The notes: a model not told the origin generated them from the sequence alone. Counted from the stretch's first letter, positions 18,809 to 30,353 are shown. The stretch: DNA of 64,000 bases from an uncultured Verrucomicrobiae bacterium (GCA_963762565.1 CAVXLD010000010.1:448001-512000), one strand, 5' to 3'. Numbers and translations are program-made.

Positions 18809-19129
18809 TTAGTGCTTTAGAACTTCGAGTAACTGCCAACGCTTCAGCCGGCTGAGCGGCCGGGTTTCTTGAATTCGAACCAGGTCGCCGACCTCGCATC
18901 GGTTTTCAGCATCGTGCGCGTAGAATTTCTTCGTCCGTTTCATGATCTTTCCGAACTTCGGATGTGGAACTCTGCGCACAACAGCAACGACGATGGTCTT
19001 GTCCATCTTATTGGAGACCACCTCCCCGACTCTAGTTTTCCGAAGATGCCGCTTCGGAACATCAGACTGCTGCGCCGGTTCTACGGGCGCCGTGGCAGTA
19101 CCTTCATTTGTTACAGTCTCTTCACTCAT
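18809..19129 (-). CDS. rpsQ: 30S ribosomal protein S17
   Basis: [23 protein letters not shown]. Confidence 0.97.
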   Translation of the reverse strand: MSEETVTNEGTATAPVEPAQQSDVPKRHLRKTRVGEVVSNKMDKTIVVAVVRRVPHPKFGKIMKRTKKFYAHDAENRCEVGDLVRIQETRPLSRLKRWQLLEVLKH

Positions 19130-19165
19130 GTCTGATTTCCTTCCCCGATTCGATTACCGGAATCG

Positions 19166-19369
19166 CTACTTGGCAGCGACCTTTCGATTTCGTTCGGTTA
19201 AAATTGTTTCGATCTGCGCCACCTCGCGGCGGTTGCTTCGGAGAACACTCGGCTTTTCGAGCGCACCCGACTGCTGCTGCAGACGCAAATTAAATATCTC
19301 CTTGCGGAGCTCATACCGGCGCCCGAAAAGCTCGTCGTTGCTCAGTTCGCGTAATTCTTTGATTTTCAT
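19166..19369 (-). CDS. rpmC: 50S ribosomal protein L29
   Basis: ELRELS..EIFNLRLQ; position after rplP. Confidence 0.96.
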   Translation of the reverse strand: MKIKELRELSNDELFGRRYELRKEIFNLRLQQQSGALEKPSVLRSNRREVAQIETILTERNRKVAAK

Positions 19370-19386
19370 CGCGTCAATCTCCCGAA

Positions 19387-19809
19387 CTAAGCGGCGATGG
19401 CATGCCGAGTTAGGAACCGGGTCCGGATGGGCAACTTGGTAGCCGCCAAACGAAGCGCTTCACGCGCAACCGACTCCGGTACACCATCGAGTTCAAAAAG
19501 AACGTTTCCCGGGCGAACCGTCGCCACCCAGAACTCTGGGTTTCCCTTTCCTTTACCCATTCGAGTCTCGGGCGGACGCTTAGTTACTGACTTGTCGGGA
19601 AAGATCTTAATCCAAAGCTTACCTTTTCTTTTCATGTGACGGGTTAATGCCACACGTGCCGCCTCGATCTGCGTACTCGTTATCCAGGCGCGCTCCAACG
19701 TCTGCAAAGCGTATTCGCCGAACGCGATCGACACATTGCGCGTCGCGTTTCCAGAGCGGCTGCCTCGTTGGTTTTTCCGGTATTTAACTCTTTTTGGTAA
19801 CAACGGCAT
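19387..19809 (-). CDS. rplP: 50S ribosomal protein L16
   Basis: [17 protein letters not shown]. Confidence 0.98.
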   Translation of the reverse strand: MPLLPKRVKYRKNQRGSRSGNATRNVSIAFGEYALQTLERAWITSTQIEAARVALTRHMKRKGKLWIKIFPDKSVTKRPPETRMGKGKGNPEFWVATVRPGNVLFELDGVPESVAREALRLAATKLPIRTRFLTRHAIAA

Positions 19810-19826
19810 AGGACTTCTCCTTCCCT

Positions 19827-20525
19827 CTAGCCTCTCCCATTAGGAACCGACGGCACCGGTCTCTCCGGTGCGTTCGACTTACGCTGCTCGGGCTCGGCTA
19901 CTGCTTCTGCCTTACAAATCCAGCATTTCACACCAATCTTGCCGTAAACGGTGTTGGCTTCCGCAAAGCCGTAATCGATCGGCGTGCGTAAAGTATGAAG
20001 CGGAATTTTACCTTCGCGATACCATTCGGCGCGGGAGATTTCGGCGCCTCCCAACCTTCCGGCACAACGGATCTTAACGCCTAAGGCGCCAAAGTCCCGG
20101 GTAGTCTGGACCGCTTTCTTCATCGCCCGTCGGAAAGAGATTCGGCGTTCGATCTGTAGCGCCACATTCTCAGCAACCAGCTGCGCATCCAATTCCGGCG
20201 TCTTGATTTCCTGAATATCTATTTTGACCTGTTTACCACCGGACATCCGGGTGATCTCGTCGGTCATGCGCTCAATTTCCGCGCCTTTCCGGCCGATGAC
20301 GATACCAGGTCGCGCTGTATAAATGGTTACGCGGATACTATTCCAGGCTCGCTCGATCAATACTTTTGAGACAGCCGCTAACGAAAGCTTCGTTTTAACG
20401 TAACGGCGAATCCGCAGGTCAGAATGCAGGAACTCCGGAAACTCTTTCGGAGACGCATACCAACGGGACCGCCAATCCTTATTTAGAACGAGACGAAATC
20501 CGATCGGATTAACTTTTTGTCCCAT
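19827..20525 (-). CDS. rpsC: 30S ribosomal protein S3
   Basis: [20 protein letters not shown]. Confidence 0.98.
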   Translation of the reverse strand: MGQKVNPIGFRLVLNKDWRSRWYASPKEFPEFLHSDLRIRRYVKTKLSLAAVSKVLIERAWNSIRVTIYTARPGIVIGRKGAEIERMTDEITRMSGGKQVKIDIQEIKTPELDAQLVAENVALQIERRISFRRAMKKAVQTTRDFGALGVKIRCAGRLGGAEISRAEWYREGKIPLHTLRTPIDYGFAEANTVYGKIGVKCWICKAEAVAEPEQRKSNAPERPVPSVPNGRG

Positions 20526-20528
20526 AAA

Positions 20529-21116
20529 TTACTCCTTCTGCTTCTCCTTTTTTGCCGATGATTGTCGCTTAGAGGCTTTCTCTTCCGTCGGGGCAGTCTC
20601 ACCTGCATCCGTCGATTCATCAGCGTCCTCCTTCGCCGTCTTCTTTGCAGCCGGCTTCCTATCGGAGGTTTTGCGAGTCGCTGGTGCTTTGGGCTCTGAC
20701 TTCACCTGGCCACCAACTTCCGCGGAGGAAGCCTCTTCCGCTGGTCGATTCTTGCGCGCCCGACCCGCTGGTGCGGCGGGCGCCAGTTCGTCTGCTAATA
20801 CAATCCGGATATGACTCGTTCGCTTCCGCAGAGGGCTCGCGCTTCCTCGGGCGCGAGCTCGGAAGCGTTTGAAAGTAGGACCTTCACCCACTACCGCCTC
20901 TTTCACCAACAAGGTATCAACCTTAAGATCGGCGTTGTTTTCCGCGTTCGCGATGGCGCTTTTCAAGGTCTTACGCACCATGGTCGCCGCCTTCTTAGGG
21001 CTGAACGTCAGGAGATCGAGTGCATCCGCAGCCGAACGGCCTTGGATTTCTCGAGTCACTTCCCGCGCTTTGAAGGCGGATATCCGAGCATAGCGGTAGG
21101 TGGATGTTACTTGCAT
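20529..21116 (-). CDS. rplV: 50S ribosomal protein L22 with long charged C-terminal tail
   Basis: SAIANAENN, RARGSASPLRKRTSHI. Confidence 0.97.
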   Translation of the reverse strand: MQVTSTYRYARISAFKAREVTREIQGRSAADALDLLTFSPKKAATMVRKTLKSAIANAENNADLKVDTLLVKEAVVGEGPTFKRFRARARGSASPLRKRTSHIRIVLADELAPAAPAGRARKNRPAEEASSAEVGGQVKSEPKAPATRKTSDRKPAAKKTAKEDADESTDAGETAPTEEKASKRQSSAKKEKQKE

Positions 21117-21130
21117 TTCGTTTCTCCTAA

Positions 21131-21406
21131 CTACTTGGCCACCTTAGCCGTGTGCGCGCCGTGCTTCTTGAACTGACGCGTCGGCGAGAACTCGCCAAGT
21201 TTGTGTCCCACCATGTTCTCGGTAACGAACACGGAATTAAAAATCTTACCGTTATGAACCAGAAATGTATGACCAACGAAGTCCGGGGTAATCATCGACC
21301 GGCGAGACCAGGTCTTGATCGGCTTCTTCGGTCCCTGGCTCATCCTCTCGACTTTCTCGAGCAGCTTCGGCTCTACAAACGGGCCTTTCTTTAATGATCT
21401 ACCCAT
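21131..21406 (-). CDS. rpsS: 30S ribosomal protein S19
   Basis: [21 protein letters not shown]. Confidence 0.98.
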   Translation of the reverse strand: MGRSLKKGPFVEPKLLEKVERMSQGPKKPIKTWSRRSMITPDFVGHTFLVHNGKIFNSVFVTENMVGHKLGEFSPTRQFKKHGAHTAKVAK

Positions 21407-21409
21407 TGG

Positions 21410-22261
21410 TTATTTCTTATGCTTGTGGGGTTTGCGACGCTCCAAAATGAACGAATCGCTGGATTTATGCTTGCGGCGAGTTTTGAACCCTTTGGCTAGC
21501 TGGCCCCAGGGACTAACCGGATGATGCCGGCCTCCACCGCCTTTACTCTTGCCTTGACCGCCTCCCATCGGGTGATCGATCGGATTCATCGCCATTCCGC
21601 GAACGTGAGGCCGCCGTCCCAGCCAACGGGTTCGTCCAGCCTTCCCGCTCGAAACATTCATATGGTCGGTGTTCCCGACCTGTCCGATGGTTGCGTAAGC
21701 ATTCTCGTGGATCTTCCGGATTTCACCGGAGGGCATCCGCACCAGTGCGTAACCGGCTTCACGGTTATTGAGTACCGCCTGTTGGCCCGCGCTCCGCGCG
21801 ATTTGCCCGCCTCGGCCAGGGATAAGCTCTAGGTTGTGAACCACTGTTCCTAACGGGATCGCCTTCAACGGAAGCGCATTCCCAACTTCCGGAGGAACAT
21901 CGTCACCGGCAATCACCTTGGCCCCAACTTCCAACCCGTTCGGTGCCAAAATATAGCTTTTCTCTCCGGTCTTGTAGTTCAGCAAGGCTATCCGAGCTGA
22001 CCGATTCGGATCATACTCGATCGCCTCAACGGTTGCTTCAACACCACGCAGCCGCCGTTTGAAATCAATGATGCGATATTTCCGCTTGTGCCCGCCACCA
22101 ATGTGCCGGGAAGTTAGCCGACCGCGGTTGTTTCGGCCGCCCGTCCTCTTTAACGGCTCAACCAAAGACCTCTCCGGATGATCTTTAGTAATATCGTCGT
22201 AGGCAGACGTCTGCTTGAACCGTTGAGTCGGGGTCAGGGGTCTAAAAGTCTTCAGTGCCAT
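21410..22261 (-). CDS. rplB: 50S ribosomal protein L2
   Basis: [19 protein letters not shown]. Confidence 0.98.
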   Translation of the reverse strand: MALKTFRPLTPTQRFKQTSAYDDITKDHPERSLVEPLKRTGGRNNRGRLTSRHIGGGHKRKYRIIDFKRRLRGVEATVEAIEYDPNRSARIALLNYKTGEKSYILAPNGLEVGAKVIAGDDVPPEVGNALPLKAIPLGTVVHNLELIPGRGGQIARSAGQQAVLNNREAGYALVRMPSGEIRKIHENAYATIGQVGNTDHMNVSSGKAGRTRWLGRRPHVRGMAMNPIDHPMGGGQGKSKGGGGRHHPVSPWGQLAKGFKTRRKHKSSDSFILERRKPHKHKK

Positions 22262-22274
22262 TGTCAGTTACTCC

Positions 22275-22559
22275 CTAAGCAAGCTCGATTTTCTCGCCCT
22301 CGGCCAGCGTCACCACTGCCTTCTTCCAGTGAGCTTTCCGACCAAAGTCAGCGCGGCGTTCTCGCTTCTTTTTGCCGGCGTATTGAGCGGTATTGACCCG
22401 GACCACTTTCTTCCCAAAGAGCTTCTCTATCGCCTGCTTTATCTCAATTTTATTGGCGTCGGTAGCAACTCGAAACACGTACTGATTGTTTCGTTCCCCA
22501 AGCAGACTGGCTTTTTCGGTGAGCCGAATATTGGAAATGATTTGGATCGGTTCCTTCAT
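22275..22559 (-). CDS. rplW: 50S ribosomal protein L23
   Basis: TEKA, ANKIEIK, WKKAVVTL. Confidence 0.97.
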   Translation of the reverse strand: MKEPIQIISNIRLTEKASLLGERNNQYVFRVATDANKIEIKQAIEKLFGKKVVRVNTAQYAGKKKRERRADFGRKAHWKKAVVTLAEGEKIELA

Positions 22560-23164
22560 GATACCCTCTCCGAGAGCTTGGTCAGCGCGTCTTTGGTAAC
22601 GATGATTTTGCGAAACGCGAGCAACTGCTCGGTATTAACTTCACCTACGGTATTGAGCAGAACCGGACGCAGGTTCCTGGCCGCGCGATAGGTTTCCGGG
22701 GTGTACTGTTCGGCTATAACTAACACCCGCTCCTCCTCGGTCAGCGATTGTAACAGCTTAACGAAATTCTTGGTCTTAGGTTCTTTCACGGTGATCTCGT
22801 CAGCGACGAGCACATCGCCGCCCAGAATGCGAGCGCTCAATGCCTTTAGGAACGCGAGCTTCCGTACGCGCTTGCTGACTTTCTTAGAATAGTCCCGAGG
22901 CTTAGGTCCGAAGACGACACCACCACCCGTCCAGATCGGAGAAGAAGTGTAACCGGCGCGAGCCCGTCCGGTCCCTTTCTGTCGCCACGGTTTCTTTCCG
23001 GAAGCGGTTACCTCAGCCTTTGTCTTGGTGTTGGCAGTTCCGCTGCGGCGATTCGCCCGCAACGCCACCACCACGTCATGTACGGCTTGTGTTCCACGGC
23101 CATTCTCGATGATCGAAATATTGGCCTTTTTTGCGGCTTCTACTGTAAGGACGGTTGCGCTCAT
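22556..23164 (-). CDS. rplD: 50S ribosomal protein L4
   Basis: KPWRQKGTGRARAG, GGVVFGPKPR. Confidence 0.98.
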   Translation of the reverse strand: MSATVLTVEAAKKANISIIENGRGTQAVHDVVVALRANRRSGTANTKTKAEVTASGKKPWRQKGTGRARAGYTSSPIWTGGGVVFGPKPRDYSKKVSKRVRKLAFLKALSARILGGDVLVADEITVKEPKTKNFVKLLQSLTEEERVLVIAEQYTPETYRAARNLRPVLLNTVGEVNTEQLLAFRKIIVTKDALTKLSERVS

Positions 23165-23811
23165 TGTTCCTTGGCCTCAGTCGATTTCTTCTTGGCTGGC
23201 CGAACGACCACGTAACTACCGTTTGCGCCTGGCACTGCTCCCGAAACTAAGATCACGTTTTCCTCGCCTCTGACCTGAACCACTCGGAGGTTTTGCACCG
23301 TTACCCGGTCATCACCGAGGTGTCCCGGCATCCCCATGTTCTTCCAAACCCGCCCAGGGGTGGATCGGTTGCCGATGGCGCCATTCCGGCGATGCATCTT
23401 TGAACCGTGCGCAGCCGGCTGGCCGGCGAAATGGTGCTTCTTAACTACCCCTTGAAATCCCTTACCCTTGGATCTCCCGATGATGTCGACAAACTCGCCC
23501 GGCTGGAATTGGTTCACGCTTAAGTCGACATCCCCGGTGACCTGCGCCCCGTCCGCTAAACGGAATTCCCGGAGCAATTTCTTCGGTTCGACTCCCGCCT
23601 TTTTAAGGTGACCGAGCTCAGCCTTATTTAGCCGGGATTCTTTCTGAGTTTCGAAGCCAACCTGGACAGCGCTATACCCTTCTTTTTCCACCGTCTTTAC
23701 CTGCACGAGCGAATTACCCTCTGCCTCGATAACGGTCACCGGCGTAGCCTTACCATTCGAGTCGTAGACTCGGGTCATGCCCACTTTTCGTCCTAAAAGT
23801 CCTATTTTCAT
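23161..23811 (-). CDS. rplC: 50S ribosomal protein L3
   Basis: KVGMT, SKGKGFQG, GAVPG. Confidence 0.98.
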   Translation of the reverse strand: MKIGLLGRKVGMTRVYDSNGKATPVTVIEAEGNSLVQVKTVEKEGYSAVQVGFETQKESRLNKAELGHLKKAGVEPKKLLREFRLADGAQVTGDVDLSVNQFQPGEFVDIIGRSKGKGFQGVVKKHHFAGQPAAHGSKMHRRNGAIGNRSTPGRVWKNMGMPGHLGDDRVTVQNLRVVQVRGEENVILVSGAVPGANGSYVVVRPAKKKSTEAKEQ

Positions 23812-23828
23812 CGGAGGGGAAACCTGGC

Positions 23829-24140
23829 TCAGATTTTAATGGTAATATCGACGCCGGCCGGAAGGTTCAGCTTCCGAAGCTCGTCCACGGTTTTCGCCGT
23901 TGGTTCAATGATGTCCAAAAGGCGTTTGTGCGTGCGCATCTCAAATTGGTCCATCGACTTTTTGTCGACGTGAGGTGAGCGGTTTACCGTAAATTTCTCG
24001 ATCTTGGTCGGTAATGGGATCGGACCGGCAACTTTTGCGCCGGTCCGTTTTGCTGTCTCCACAATCTCGACGGCCGATTGATCGAGCATGCGATAATCGT
24101 AGCCTTTAAGCCGGATGCGGATGCGCTGGCCGTTTGCCAT
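23829..24140 (-). CDS. rpsJ: 30S ribosomal protein S10
   Basis: GPIPLPT, RSPHVDK, RTHKRL. Confidence 0.98.
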   Translation of the reverse strand: MANGQRIRIRLKGYDYRMLDQSAVEIVETAKRTGAKVAGPIPLPTKIEKFTVNRSPHVDKKSMDQFEMRTHKRLLDIIEPTAKTVDELRKLNLPAGVDITIKI

Positions 24141-24141
24141 G

Positions 24142-26316
24142 TTAAGCTCCTTTCTGGTCCAAGACTGCCGCTACAATTTGGGCAGGGACCTGTTCGAAAT
24201 GCGACGGTTCCATTGTGTAGGAAGCACGTCCTTTGGATAGAGAACGAATCGCAGTCGCGTAGCCGAACATTTCGGCCAGGGGAACTTCTGCGTGTACAAC
24301 CGTAGCGAAATCCTTGGCTTCCATACTCATGATCCGGCCGCGGCGACGGTTAAGATCGCCCATGATGTCTCCCTGATATTCATCGGGGGTGACACACTCG
24401 ACCTTCATGATCGGCTCCAGCAGGATCGAAGTGCCTCTCTTAAAAGCGTCCTTCATCGCAAAAATTGCGGCCAGCTTAAAGGCCAGCTCGTTCGAATCGA
24501 CGTCGTGGTAAGAACCATCAATAATCTCGACATGAAGGTCGATCACTGGATATCCGCCCAGCACGCCGTTTAGGACCGCTTCTTCGATCCCTTTCTTAAC
24601 CGCAGGGATGTATTCCTTCGGAATCGTACCGCCAACAACCTTGTTTTCGATCTCGATTCCTTTACCTCGCTCGCGGGGCTCGACGTTAACGATCACGTGA
24701 CCGTATTGACCGCGACCGCCCGACTGTTTGATGAGTTTGCCTTCGCCGGTCGCGCTCTTGGTGATCGTCTCGCGATAGGCGATCTGCGGTTTGCCCGCAT
24801 TCGCGTCCACCTTGAACTCGCGCAGCATCCGGTCCCGAATAATTTCCAGGTGCAATTCACCCATACCGGCAATGATCGTCTGGCCGGTATCTTCATTGGT
24901 GTAGACTCGGAAAGTCGGGTCCTCTTCTGCCAAACGCTGAAGTGCGGTGGCCATTTTTTCTTGGTCCAGCTTTGTTTTGGGCTCGATCGCCATCGAGATA
25001 ACTGGATCCGGGAATGACGGGGGCTCTAACAAGATCGGATCATCTTCGTCGCACAGAGTATCCCCGGTGGTGATGTTCCTGATCCCGACAATCGCGGCGA
25101 TATCGCCTGAATAACAGGTCTCGATGTCTTCGCGTTTGTCTGCCTGAATCTGGATCAACCGGCTAATTCGCTCGCGTTTACTCGTTCGCGGATTAAAAAC
25201 GGTGTCTCCTTTAGAAAGCTTGCCTGAATAGACTCGGAAAAAGACCAATTTACCAACAAAGGGGTCGCTCCAGAGCTTAAACGCCAAGGAACAAAACGTG
25301 GCGTTATCGTCAGTTACCGCTTCCTTTTCCGCGTCGGTATCCGGGTCGATACCTTTCGCCGGAGCGATGTCGATCGGGCTCGGCAAATAATCGATGACCG
25401 CGTCAACCAGGTATTGGACACCTTTATTCTTAAAGGCCGAACCGCCCGCTACTGGGACAAACTTATTGGCGATGGTGAGGCGACGAATGCCTGCTTTGAG
25501 ATCTTTGGCCGTAACCGGCTTCTCCTCCAAGAAAAGTGTCCCAACTTCGTCATCGAGGTTAGCCACTTGCTCAACCAAGTCCGCGTATGCGTTATCGACT
25601 AGCTCTTTATATTCAGCGGGGACCTCGGCGATTTCATAGGTCGACCCAAATTGATCGTTATCGGAGTAGAGAATCGCTTTCTTATTAACGACATCGAGTT
25701 GGCCATGAAGGTGATCTTCTTTGCCCAACGGGATCAAGACTGGCCACGCGTTCGCGCCCAGCTTCTTGCGCATCTCGCTGACCACGTTATCAAAGTTAGC
25801 GCCGACGCGGTCCATCTTGTTAACAAACGAGATTCGCGGCACATGATATTTGTTGGCTTGGCGCCACACCGTTTCGGTCTGCGGCTGCACTCCGGCTACG
25901 CTATCGAAAACCAAGATCGCCCCGTCCAAAACGCGCAGAGACCGTTCGACTTCAGCAGTGAAATCGACGTGGCCGGGAGTATCAATGATGTTAACCCGCA
26001 GTTTTTGGCCCTCGAAGAGCTTGAACACGCCCGCCTCCCGACGCTGGTTCCAAAAACAAGTAGTCGCTGCCGAGGTAATCGTAATCCCCCGCTCGCGTTC
26101 CTGTTCCATCCAGTCGGTAACCGTATTCCCTTCATGGACCTCCCCGATCTTATGGATCATGCCGGTATAAAACAGAATTCGTTCTGTTAAAGTCGTCTTG
26201 CCGGCATCAATGTGCGCACTAATCCCGATATTCCGGGTCCGCTCGAGCGGATACGCCCTATTTGGCGAATTCGGATTCGTCATAGCTTCGGCCCTTTCTA
26301 AAGCTTGAGTTGACAT
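24142..26316 (-). CDS. fusA: Elongation factor G
   Basis: [26 protein letters not shown]. Start is ATG 26316 or 26283. Confidence 0.98.
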   Translation of the reverse strand: MSTQALERAEAMTNPNSPNRAYPLERTRNIGISAHIDAGKTTLTERILFYTGMIHKIGEVHEGNTVTDWMEQERERGITITSAATTCFWNQRREAGVFKLFEGQKLRVNIIDTPGHVDFTAEVERSLRVLDGAILVFDSVAGVQPQTETVWRQANKYHVPRISFVNKMDRVGANFDNVVSEMRKKLGANAWPVLIPLGKEDHLHGQLDVVNKKAILYSDNDQFGSTYEIAEVPAEYKELVDNAYADLVEQVANLDDEVGTLFLEEKPVTAKDLKAGIRRLTIANKFVPVAGGSAFKNKGVQYLVDAVIDYLPSPIDIAPAKGIDPDTDAEKEAVTDDNATFCSLAFKLWSDPFVGKLVFFRVYSGKLSKGDTVFNPRTSKRERISRLIQIQADKREDIETCYSGDIAAIVGIRNITTGDTLCDEDDPILLEPPSFPDPVISMAIEPKTKLDQEKMATALQRLAEEDPTFRVYTNEDTGQTIIAGMGELHLEIIRDRMLREFKVDANAGKPQIAYRETITKSATGEGKLIKQSGGRGQYGHVIVNVEPRERGKGIEIENKVVGGTIPKEYIPAVKKGIEEAVLNGVLGGYPVIDLHVEIIDGSYHDVDSNELAFKLAAIFAMKDAFKRGTSILLEPIMKVECVTPDEYQGDIMGDLNRRRGRIMSMEAKDFATVVHAEVPLAEMFGYATAIRSLSKGRASYTMEPSHFEQVPAQIVAAVLDQKGA

Positions 26317-26321
26317 AAGAC

Positions 26322-26792
26322 CTACCAACGGAAATGAGCGAACGCTCGATTGGCCTGAGCCATCTTATGCGTGTCGTCTCTCTTTTTTATTGCATTACCT
26401 TGCCCTGAGGCGGCGTCTTTAAGTTCTGCCGCTAAATTGTCAACCATAGTCCCACGACGATTCTTCGCGAAATTGACGATCCAACGCATCGCCAGAGACA
26501 CCTGACGGTCCGTGGAAACTTCGATTGGCACCTGATAGGTCGCGCCACCGACCCGGCGTGACTTTACTTCTAGACGCGGCTTCGAGTTGTCCAGTGCCTT
26601 GTGTAGCGTGTCCAAAGGATCAACCGCATCCGACCCTTCCCGGCTCTTTTCAATCGCCTGATACACGATGCGTTCGGCCAACGATTTCTTGCCGTTACGC
26701 ATCACGGTATCGATCAACCGGGCAACTACCGGGCTGCCGTATCGGCTATCAACCTTGAACTCCTTATGAATGACTCTGCGACGACGAGACAT
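26322..26792 (-). CDS. rpsG: 30S ribosomal protein S7
   Basis: [22 protein letters not shown]. Confidence 0.98.
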   Translation of the reverse strand: MSRRRRVIHKEFKVDSRYGSPVVARLIDTVMRNGKKSLAERIVYQAIEKSREGSDAVDPLDTLHKALDNSKPRLEVKSRRVGGATYQVPIEVSTDRQVSLAMRWIVNFAKNRRGTMVDNLAAELKDAASGQGNAIKKRDDTHKMAQANRAFAHFRW

Positions 26793-26810
26793 AACGTTAT
26801 TAGATGAGCT

Positions 26811-27218
26811 TTACTTTTTCTTGCCTTTACCGGCGTCAGCCGCGCCTTCTTTGGGCCGCTTGGCCCCGTACTTGGAACGACTCCGTCTTCTGCCGTCGAC
26901 TCCTAAACTATCTAAGGTGCCTCGCACAATGTGGTAACGAACACCGGGCAAATCTTTAACGCGTCCACCTCTTACCAACACAATCGAATGCTCCTGCAAA
27001 TTGTGCCCCTCGCCCGGAATATAAGCGATCACTTCGTAGCCATTCGTAAGTCGGACCTTGGCGACCTTCCGAAGCGCCGAGTTTGGTTTCTTCGGTGTCC
27101 GCGTCATCACTTGAACACAAACGCCGCGTCGCTGCGGACAGTCAGCCAGGGCTGGCGACTTCGACTTGACCGCCATCTTTCTGCGACCTTTTCGGACAAG
27201 CTGATTAATTGTTGGCAT
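26811..27218 (-). CDS. rpsL: 30S ribosomal protein S12
   Basis: [31 protein letters not shown]; start corrected to ATG 27218. Confidence 0.98.
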   Translation of the reverse strand: MPTINQLVRKGRRKMAVKSKSPALADCPQRRGVCVQVMTRTPKKPNSALRKVAKVRLTNGYEVIAYIPGEGHNLQEHSIVLVRGGRVKDLPGVRYHIVRGTLDSLGVDGRRRSRSKYGAKRPKEGAADAGKGKKK

Positions 27219-27302
27219 TCGTTTAAAAAATTCGGTTATTCCCCTGCTTTCGGGACTAAAAAAGCCGCCCTGGTACGAACCACCAGACGCGGGGGAGCGT
27301 GG

Positions 27303-27330
27303 ACTATATAATTTTTCCACCCCCACGCAA
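27303..27330 (-). promoter_or_regulatory. Probable sigma70 promoter of the rpsL operon
   Basis: Minus strand TTGCGT-N16-TATAGT. Confidence 0.55.
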
Positions 27331-27438
27331 GAGTTTTTTAGGCGATTTCCCTTGTGGAACGCGTCGTACGCCGACCCAGAATAGCCCACAGTCCACCGCC
27401 TGTCCATGCGAGTCGCCTCGCTTGCGAGACCGATGGTA

Positions 27439-27515
27439 GGTAGGGCGAAAGACTCGGCGCGCCCAAGGCATCGCTTATATTTTTCGCTGCGGCCCGCCGA
27501 GTTTTTCGCCCTACC
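27439..27515. repeat. Family E GTAG REP doublet, copy E1 (short form), followed by TCGCCGTT-type octamer array (27528-27571)
   Basis: GGTAGGGCGAAAGACTCGGCG ... CGCCGAGTTTTTCGCCCTACC. Confidence 0.85.
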
Positions 27516-27616
27516 GAGCACGCCTTGTCGCCGTTTCGCCCTCTCGTCCCTTCGCCGTTTCACCGTTTCGCAGTTTCTTGTTAGCCGGTGTGCTTTATGC
27601 TCTTAGTCCAGACTGA

Positions 27617-28027
27617 ATGAAAATCCATGTGGAAAGACAAATCACGGTCGCGCTTGCGAATCAGCCAGGCCAACTCGCAGCGATCTGCAAGCTGCTGAGC
27701 ACCCATGCGATTAATATCGAGGCTCTGTCGCTGGTCGACAGTCTCGAACAAGGGGTGGTAAGACTCCTCACCAGCGACCCCGAATCCTGCAAAAAGATCC
27801 TCCAATCGAGCGGTTTTTATGTGATCGACGGAGAAGTCCTGGTCCTGGATCTATTTGATCGCCTTGGCAAACTGTCCGAAATCACGGCCGTTCTAGCTGA
27901 GGCCAAAGTAAACGTCGATTACGTCTACGGTAGCGTAGAACATCCCGGCTCCCCAATACGACTGGTACTAAGGGCCAGCGACACCACCCGAGCACATACG
28001 TTATTGAGTGCGCTGGCAGATGTTTAA
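27617..28027 (+). CDS. Tandem ACT-domain protein
   Basis: QITVALANQPGQLA..INIEAL; second ACT DRLGKL..VNVDYVY. Confidence 0.88.
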   Translation: MKIHVERQITVALANQPGQLAAICKLLSTHAINIEALSLVDSLEQGVVRLLTSDPESCKKILQSSGFYVIDGEVLVLDLFDRLGKLSEITAVLAEAKVNVDYVYGSVEHPGSPIRLVLRASDTTRAHTLLSALADV

Positions 28028-28182
28028 CGCCGGCAACGCCGTGATCGCCGACAACGCCGGCATCGGATCCTCGATTCGATGCCTCAACGAAGCAAAAGCG
28101 ATCTCTAGGCGGACAAGTAAGGCCGAACCCAGAGCCATTCGTTCCCGGCGATGGCGGCGCTCGCGACGTTGCCGGCGTTAAA
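28023..28182. repeat. Inverted-repeat element built from 9-mer-like units
   Basis: TTTAACGCCGGCAACGCCG (28023) and CGACGTTGCCGGCGTTAAA (28164-28182). Confidence 0.75.
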
Positions 28183-28223
28183 AAGGGAGGCCGGTTGGAC
28201 TTTGGCCCAACCAGCCTCGTTTT
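28180..28223 (-). terminator. Intrinsic terminator of rnpB
   Basis: Minus strand GAGGCTGGTTGG-GCCAAAGT-CCAACCGGCCTC followed by CCTTTTT. Confidence 0.65.
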
Positions 28224-28624
28224 GTGGCATAAGCCGAATTCTGTCTAGACGGTCTCTCTTGGAAGAGACCGGCCGGATGACCATTTGTCTCACCCCATAT
28301 TATTATAGGGCGTCCCGTCTTCCGGGATGCGACTATTACCCGAGAGCCCTCGGCAATGCCGAGCAGGAAGGCGTCTGACTCTCTGTTCTGTCTTGCACTG
28401 CAAGGGGTTTTTCAAGCGTTGCTCCTTACGGAAACAACCGGTGGGCTCTTACCCCGCCTTTTCACCCTTATCCCGCATACGCGAGACGGTCTATTTTCTG
28501 TGACACTATCCGTCAACCGTGGCTTTCGCCCTCGGTCGCCCGCGCTTTCGCACGGCATGCTGCCTTCATGTGTTCGGACTTTCCTCTGGATCCACAATCG
28601 GGGAACCAGCGGTCATCGACCACG
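28221..28624 (-). ncRNA. rnpB: RNase P RNA (bacterial type A)
   Basis: Minus strand has GAGGAAAGTCCG near the 5' end, AGGGTGAAAAGGCGGGGTAAGAGCCCACC internally, and ACAGAATTCGGCTTAT at the 3' end; ~400 nt. Confidence 0.95.
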
Positions 28625-28629
28625 CGCGC

Positions 28630-28658
28630 AAGATAACCGAACCGGGTGGTTAACGCAA
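28630..28658 (-). promoter_or_regulatory. Sigma70 promoter of rnpB
   Basis: Minus strand TTGCGT-N17-TATCTT with GC-rich discriminator GCGCGC just before the predicted RNA 5' end. Confidence 0.65.
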
Positions 28659-28673
28659 TGATTTGCCAGGACT

Positions 28674-28874
28674 GGTGGGGCGAGGCTCCGGAGCTACCCA
28701 GCCGGTTTACCAGGGTTTATGATGTTTCGACACGATTAGGTCAAATAGGCCGATAGTCCGCCGAGCCGATCCCAGGGTAGGCCACGACTCACCAGGCGCT
28801 TCGTTCTCGGCCGAGTCCTCGAATCCCTATAAACCCTGATCAGTCTTTTAGGTCTTTCGGGACCTCGCCCCACC
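28674..28874. repeat. Family C element, copy C3 (GTGG variant)
   Basis: GGTGGGGCGAGGCTCCGGA-N67-GCCGAGCCG-N16-CGACTCACC-N63-TCGGGACCTCGCCCCACC. Confidence 0.85.
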
Positions 28875-28943
28875 AATGTCCGGTGACCGCCGGCCGCATC
28901 GCCCATTCGCCCTCACACCGCATCGCCCATTCGCCGTTTCGCC

Positions 28944-29243
28944 TTAAACCGTCCCACCCTGAGAAAAGACCTGGTCCAATTTCCTGGCCAAAGTGAAATC
29001 GTCCGACGTCAGGCCTCCGGCGGAATGGCTCGATAGCACCAGGCGCACTTTTTTCCACCGAATGTCGATGTCCGGGTGATGGTTGGCCCTTTCAGCTTCC
29101 TCGGCAACTCTGTCTACAAAGACAATGGCCAGTGGAAAGGTGGAAAACTCGAAGGTACGGGCAATCGTATTTTCTTCGAGCTGCCATTCCGGTACCTCTT
29201 GCAGCAACGTTTGAACGGCTTCCGGTTCAAGTAAGGCTGGCAT
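28944..29243 (-). CDS. Pterin-4-alpha-carbinolamine dehydratase
   Basis: AERANHHPDIDIRW, SSHSAGGLTSDDF. Confidence 0.93.
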   Translation of the reverse strand: MPALLEPEAVQTLLQEVPEWQLEENTIARTFEFSTFPLAIVFVDRVAEEAERANHHPDIDIRWKKVRLVLSSHSAGGLTSDDFTLARKLDQVFSQGGTV

Positions 29244-29358
29244 ATTTCTCTCGTTTGCCTCTGGGTTTTTTAGCGATGCGTTGACTTAGTAACTTGAACG
29301 ACGCAGCGCTTCGTGTATCTAGACATCCCACCTCTCCCCGGGTAAACAATAGCCTAAC

Positions 29359-30333
29359 ATGCGAAATTCTGGCAGACTTTACGACAATATCGTCGATACC
29401 GTCGGCGGTACACCTCTGGTTAAGCTCAACCGTATCACTGCTGGAATTCAAGCCACTGTCGCAATCAAGTGCGAGTTCTTTAATGCGCTGGGAAGCGTGA
29501 AGGACCGCATCGGAAAGTCGATGATCGAAGCCGCTGAGCGGGAAGGCATTATTAATAAGGACACGACCATTGTTGAACCCACTAGCGGCAACACCGGCAT
29601 TGCGTTGGCATTCGTGTGCGCGGCTAAGGGCTACAATCTGATTTTGACCATGCCGGAAACAATGAGCATGGAACGGCGGACGCTCTTGGCCATGCTGGGC
29701 GCTAAATTGATATTGACCCCAGGGTCCGAAGGAATGAAAGGCTCCATTGCTAGAGCGGAAGAAATTCTCAAGACAACTCCGAATTCTTGGATGCCACAAC
29801 AGTTCAACAACCCCGCTAATCCAGAAGTTCATCGCTTAACTACGGCCGAGGAGATCTGGAACGATACGGATGGGAAAGTCGACATTCTGATTTCAGCGGT
29901 CGGCACCGGCGGCACGATTACCGGAGTGACTGAGGTCATCAAAAAACGTAAACCGTCCTTTAAAGCAATTGCTGTGGAGCCCAAAGATTCACAAGTGATC
30001 ACGCAGACGCTTAAAGGAGAACCTCTAAAGCCCGGGCCACACAAGATCCAAGGCACCGGGGCCGGCTTTGTACCTTCAAATTTGCACCTGGATATCGTAG
30101 ATGAGGTCATTACGGTATCTAACGAGGATTCGATTCTCATGGCGCGCAGGCTGGCAAAAGAGGAGGGTATTCTAGCCGGGATCAGTTCGGGCGCGAACGT
30201 GTGGGCGGCTCTGCAAGTCGCACAACGCCCGGAGAATCACGGGAAATTGATCGTCACGGTGGCTTGTTCCACCGGTGAACGGTACCTCAGCACAGCCCTC
30301 GCCGATGAAGCTCGCGGGGAAATCGGCGGCTAA
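29359..30333 (+). CDS. cysK: Cysteine synthase A
   Basis: [29 protein letters not shown]. Confidence 0.96.
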   Translation: MRNSGRLYDNIVDTVGGTPLVKLNRITAGIQATVAIKCEFFNALGSVKDRIGKSMIEAAEREGIINKDTTIVEPTSGNTGIALAFVCAAKGYNLILTMPETMSMERRTLLAMLGAKLILTPGSEGMKGSIARAEEILKTTPNSWMPQQFNNPANPEVHRLTTAEEIWNDTDGKVDILISAVGTGGTITGVTEVIKKRKPSFKAIAVEPKDSQVITQTLKGEPLKPGPHKIQGTGAGFVPSNLHLDIVDEVITVSNEDSILMARRLAKEEGILAGISSGANVWAALQVAQRPENHGKLIVTVACSTGERYLSTALADEARGEIGG

Positions 30334-30353
30334 GAAAGGTTTTAGAACTTTGC

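Noticed and set aside
27219..27563. 115-aa N-terminal extension of S12 in the ORF track
   Set aside because: It runs through the promoter and repeat E1; the canonical MPTINQL start is at 27218.
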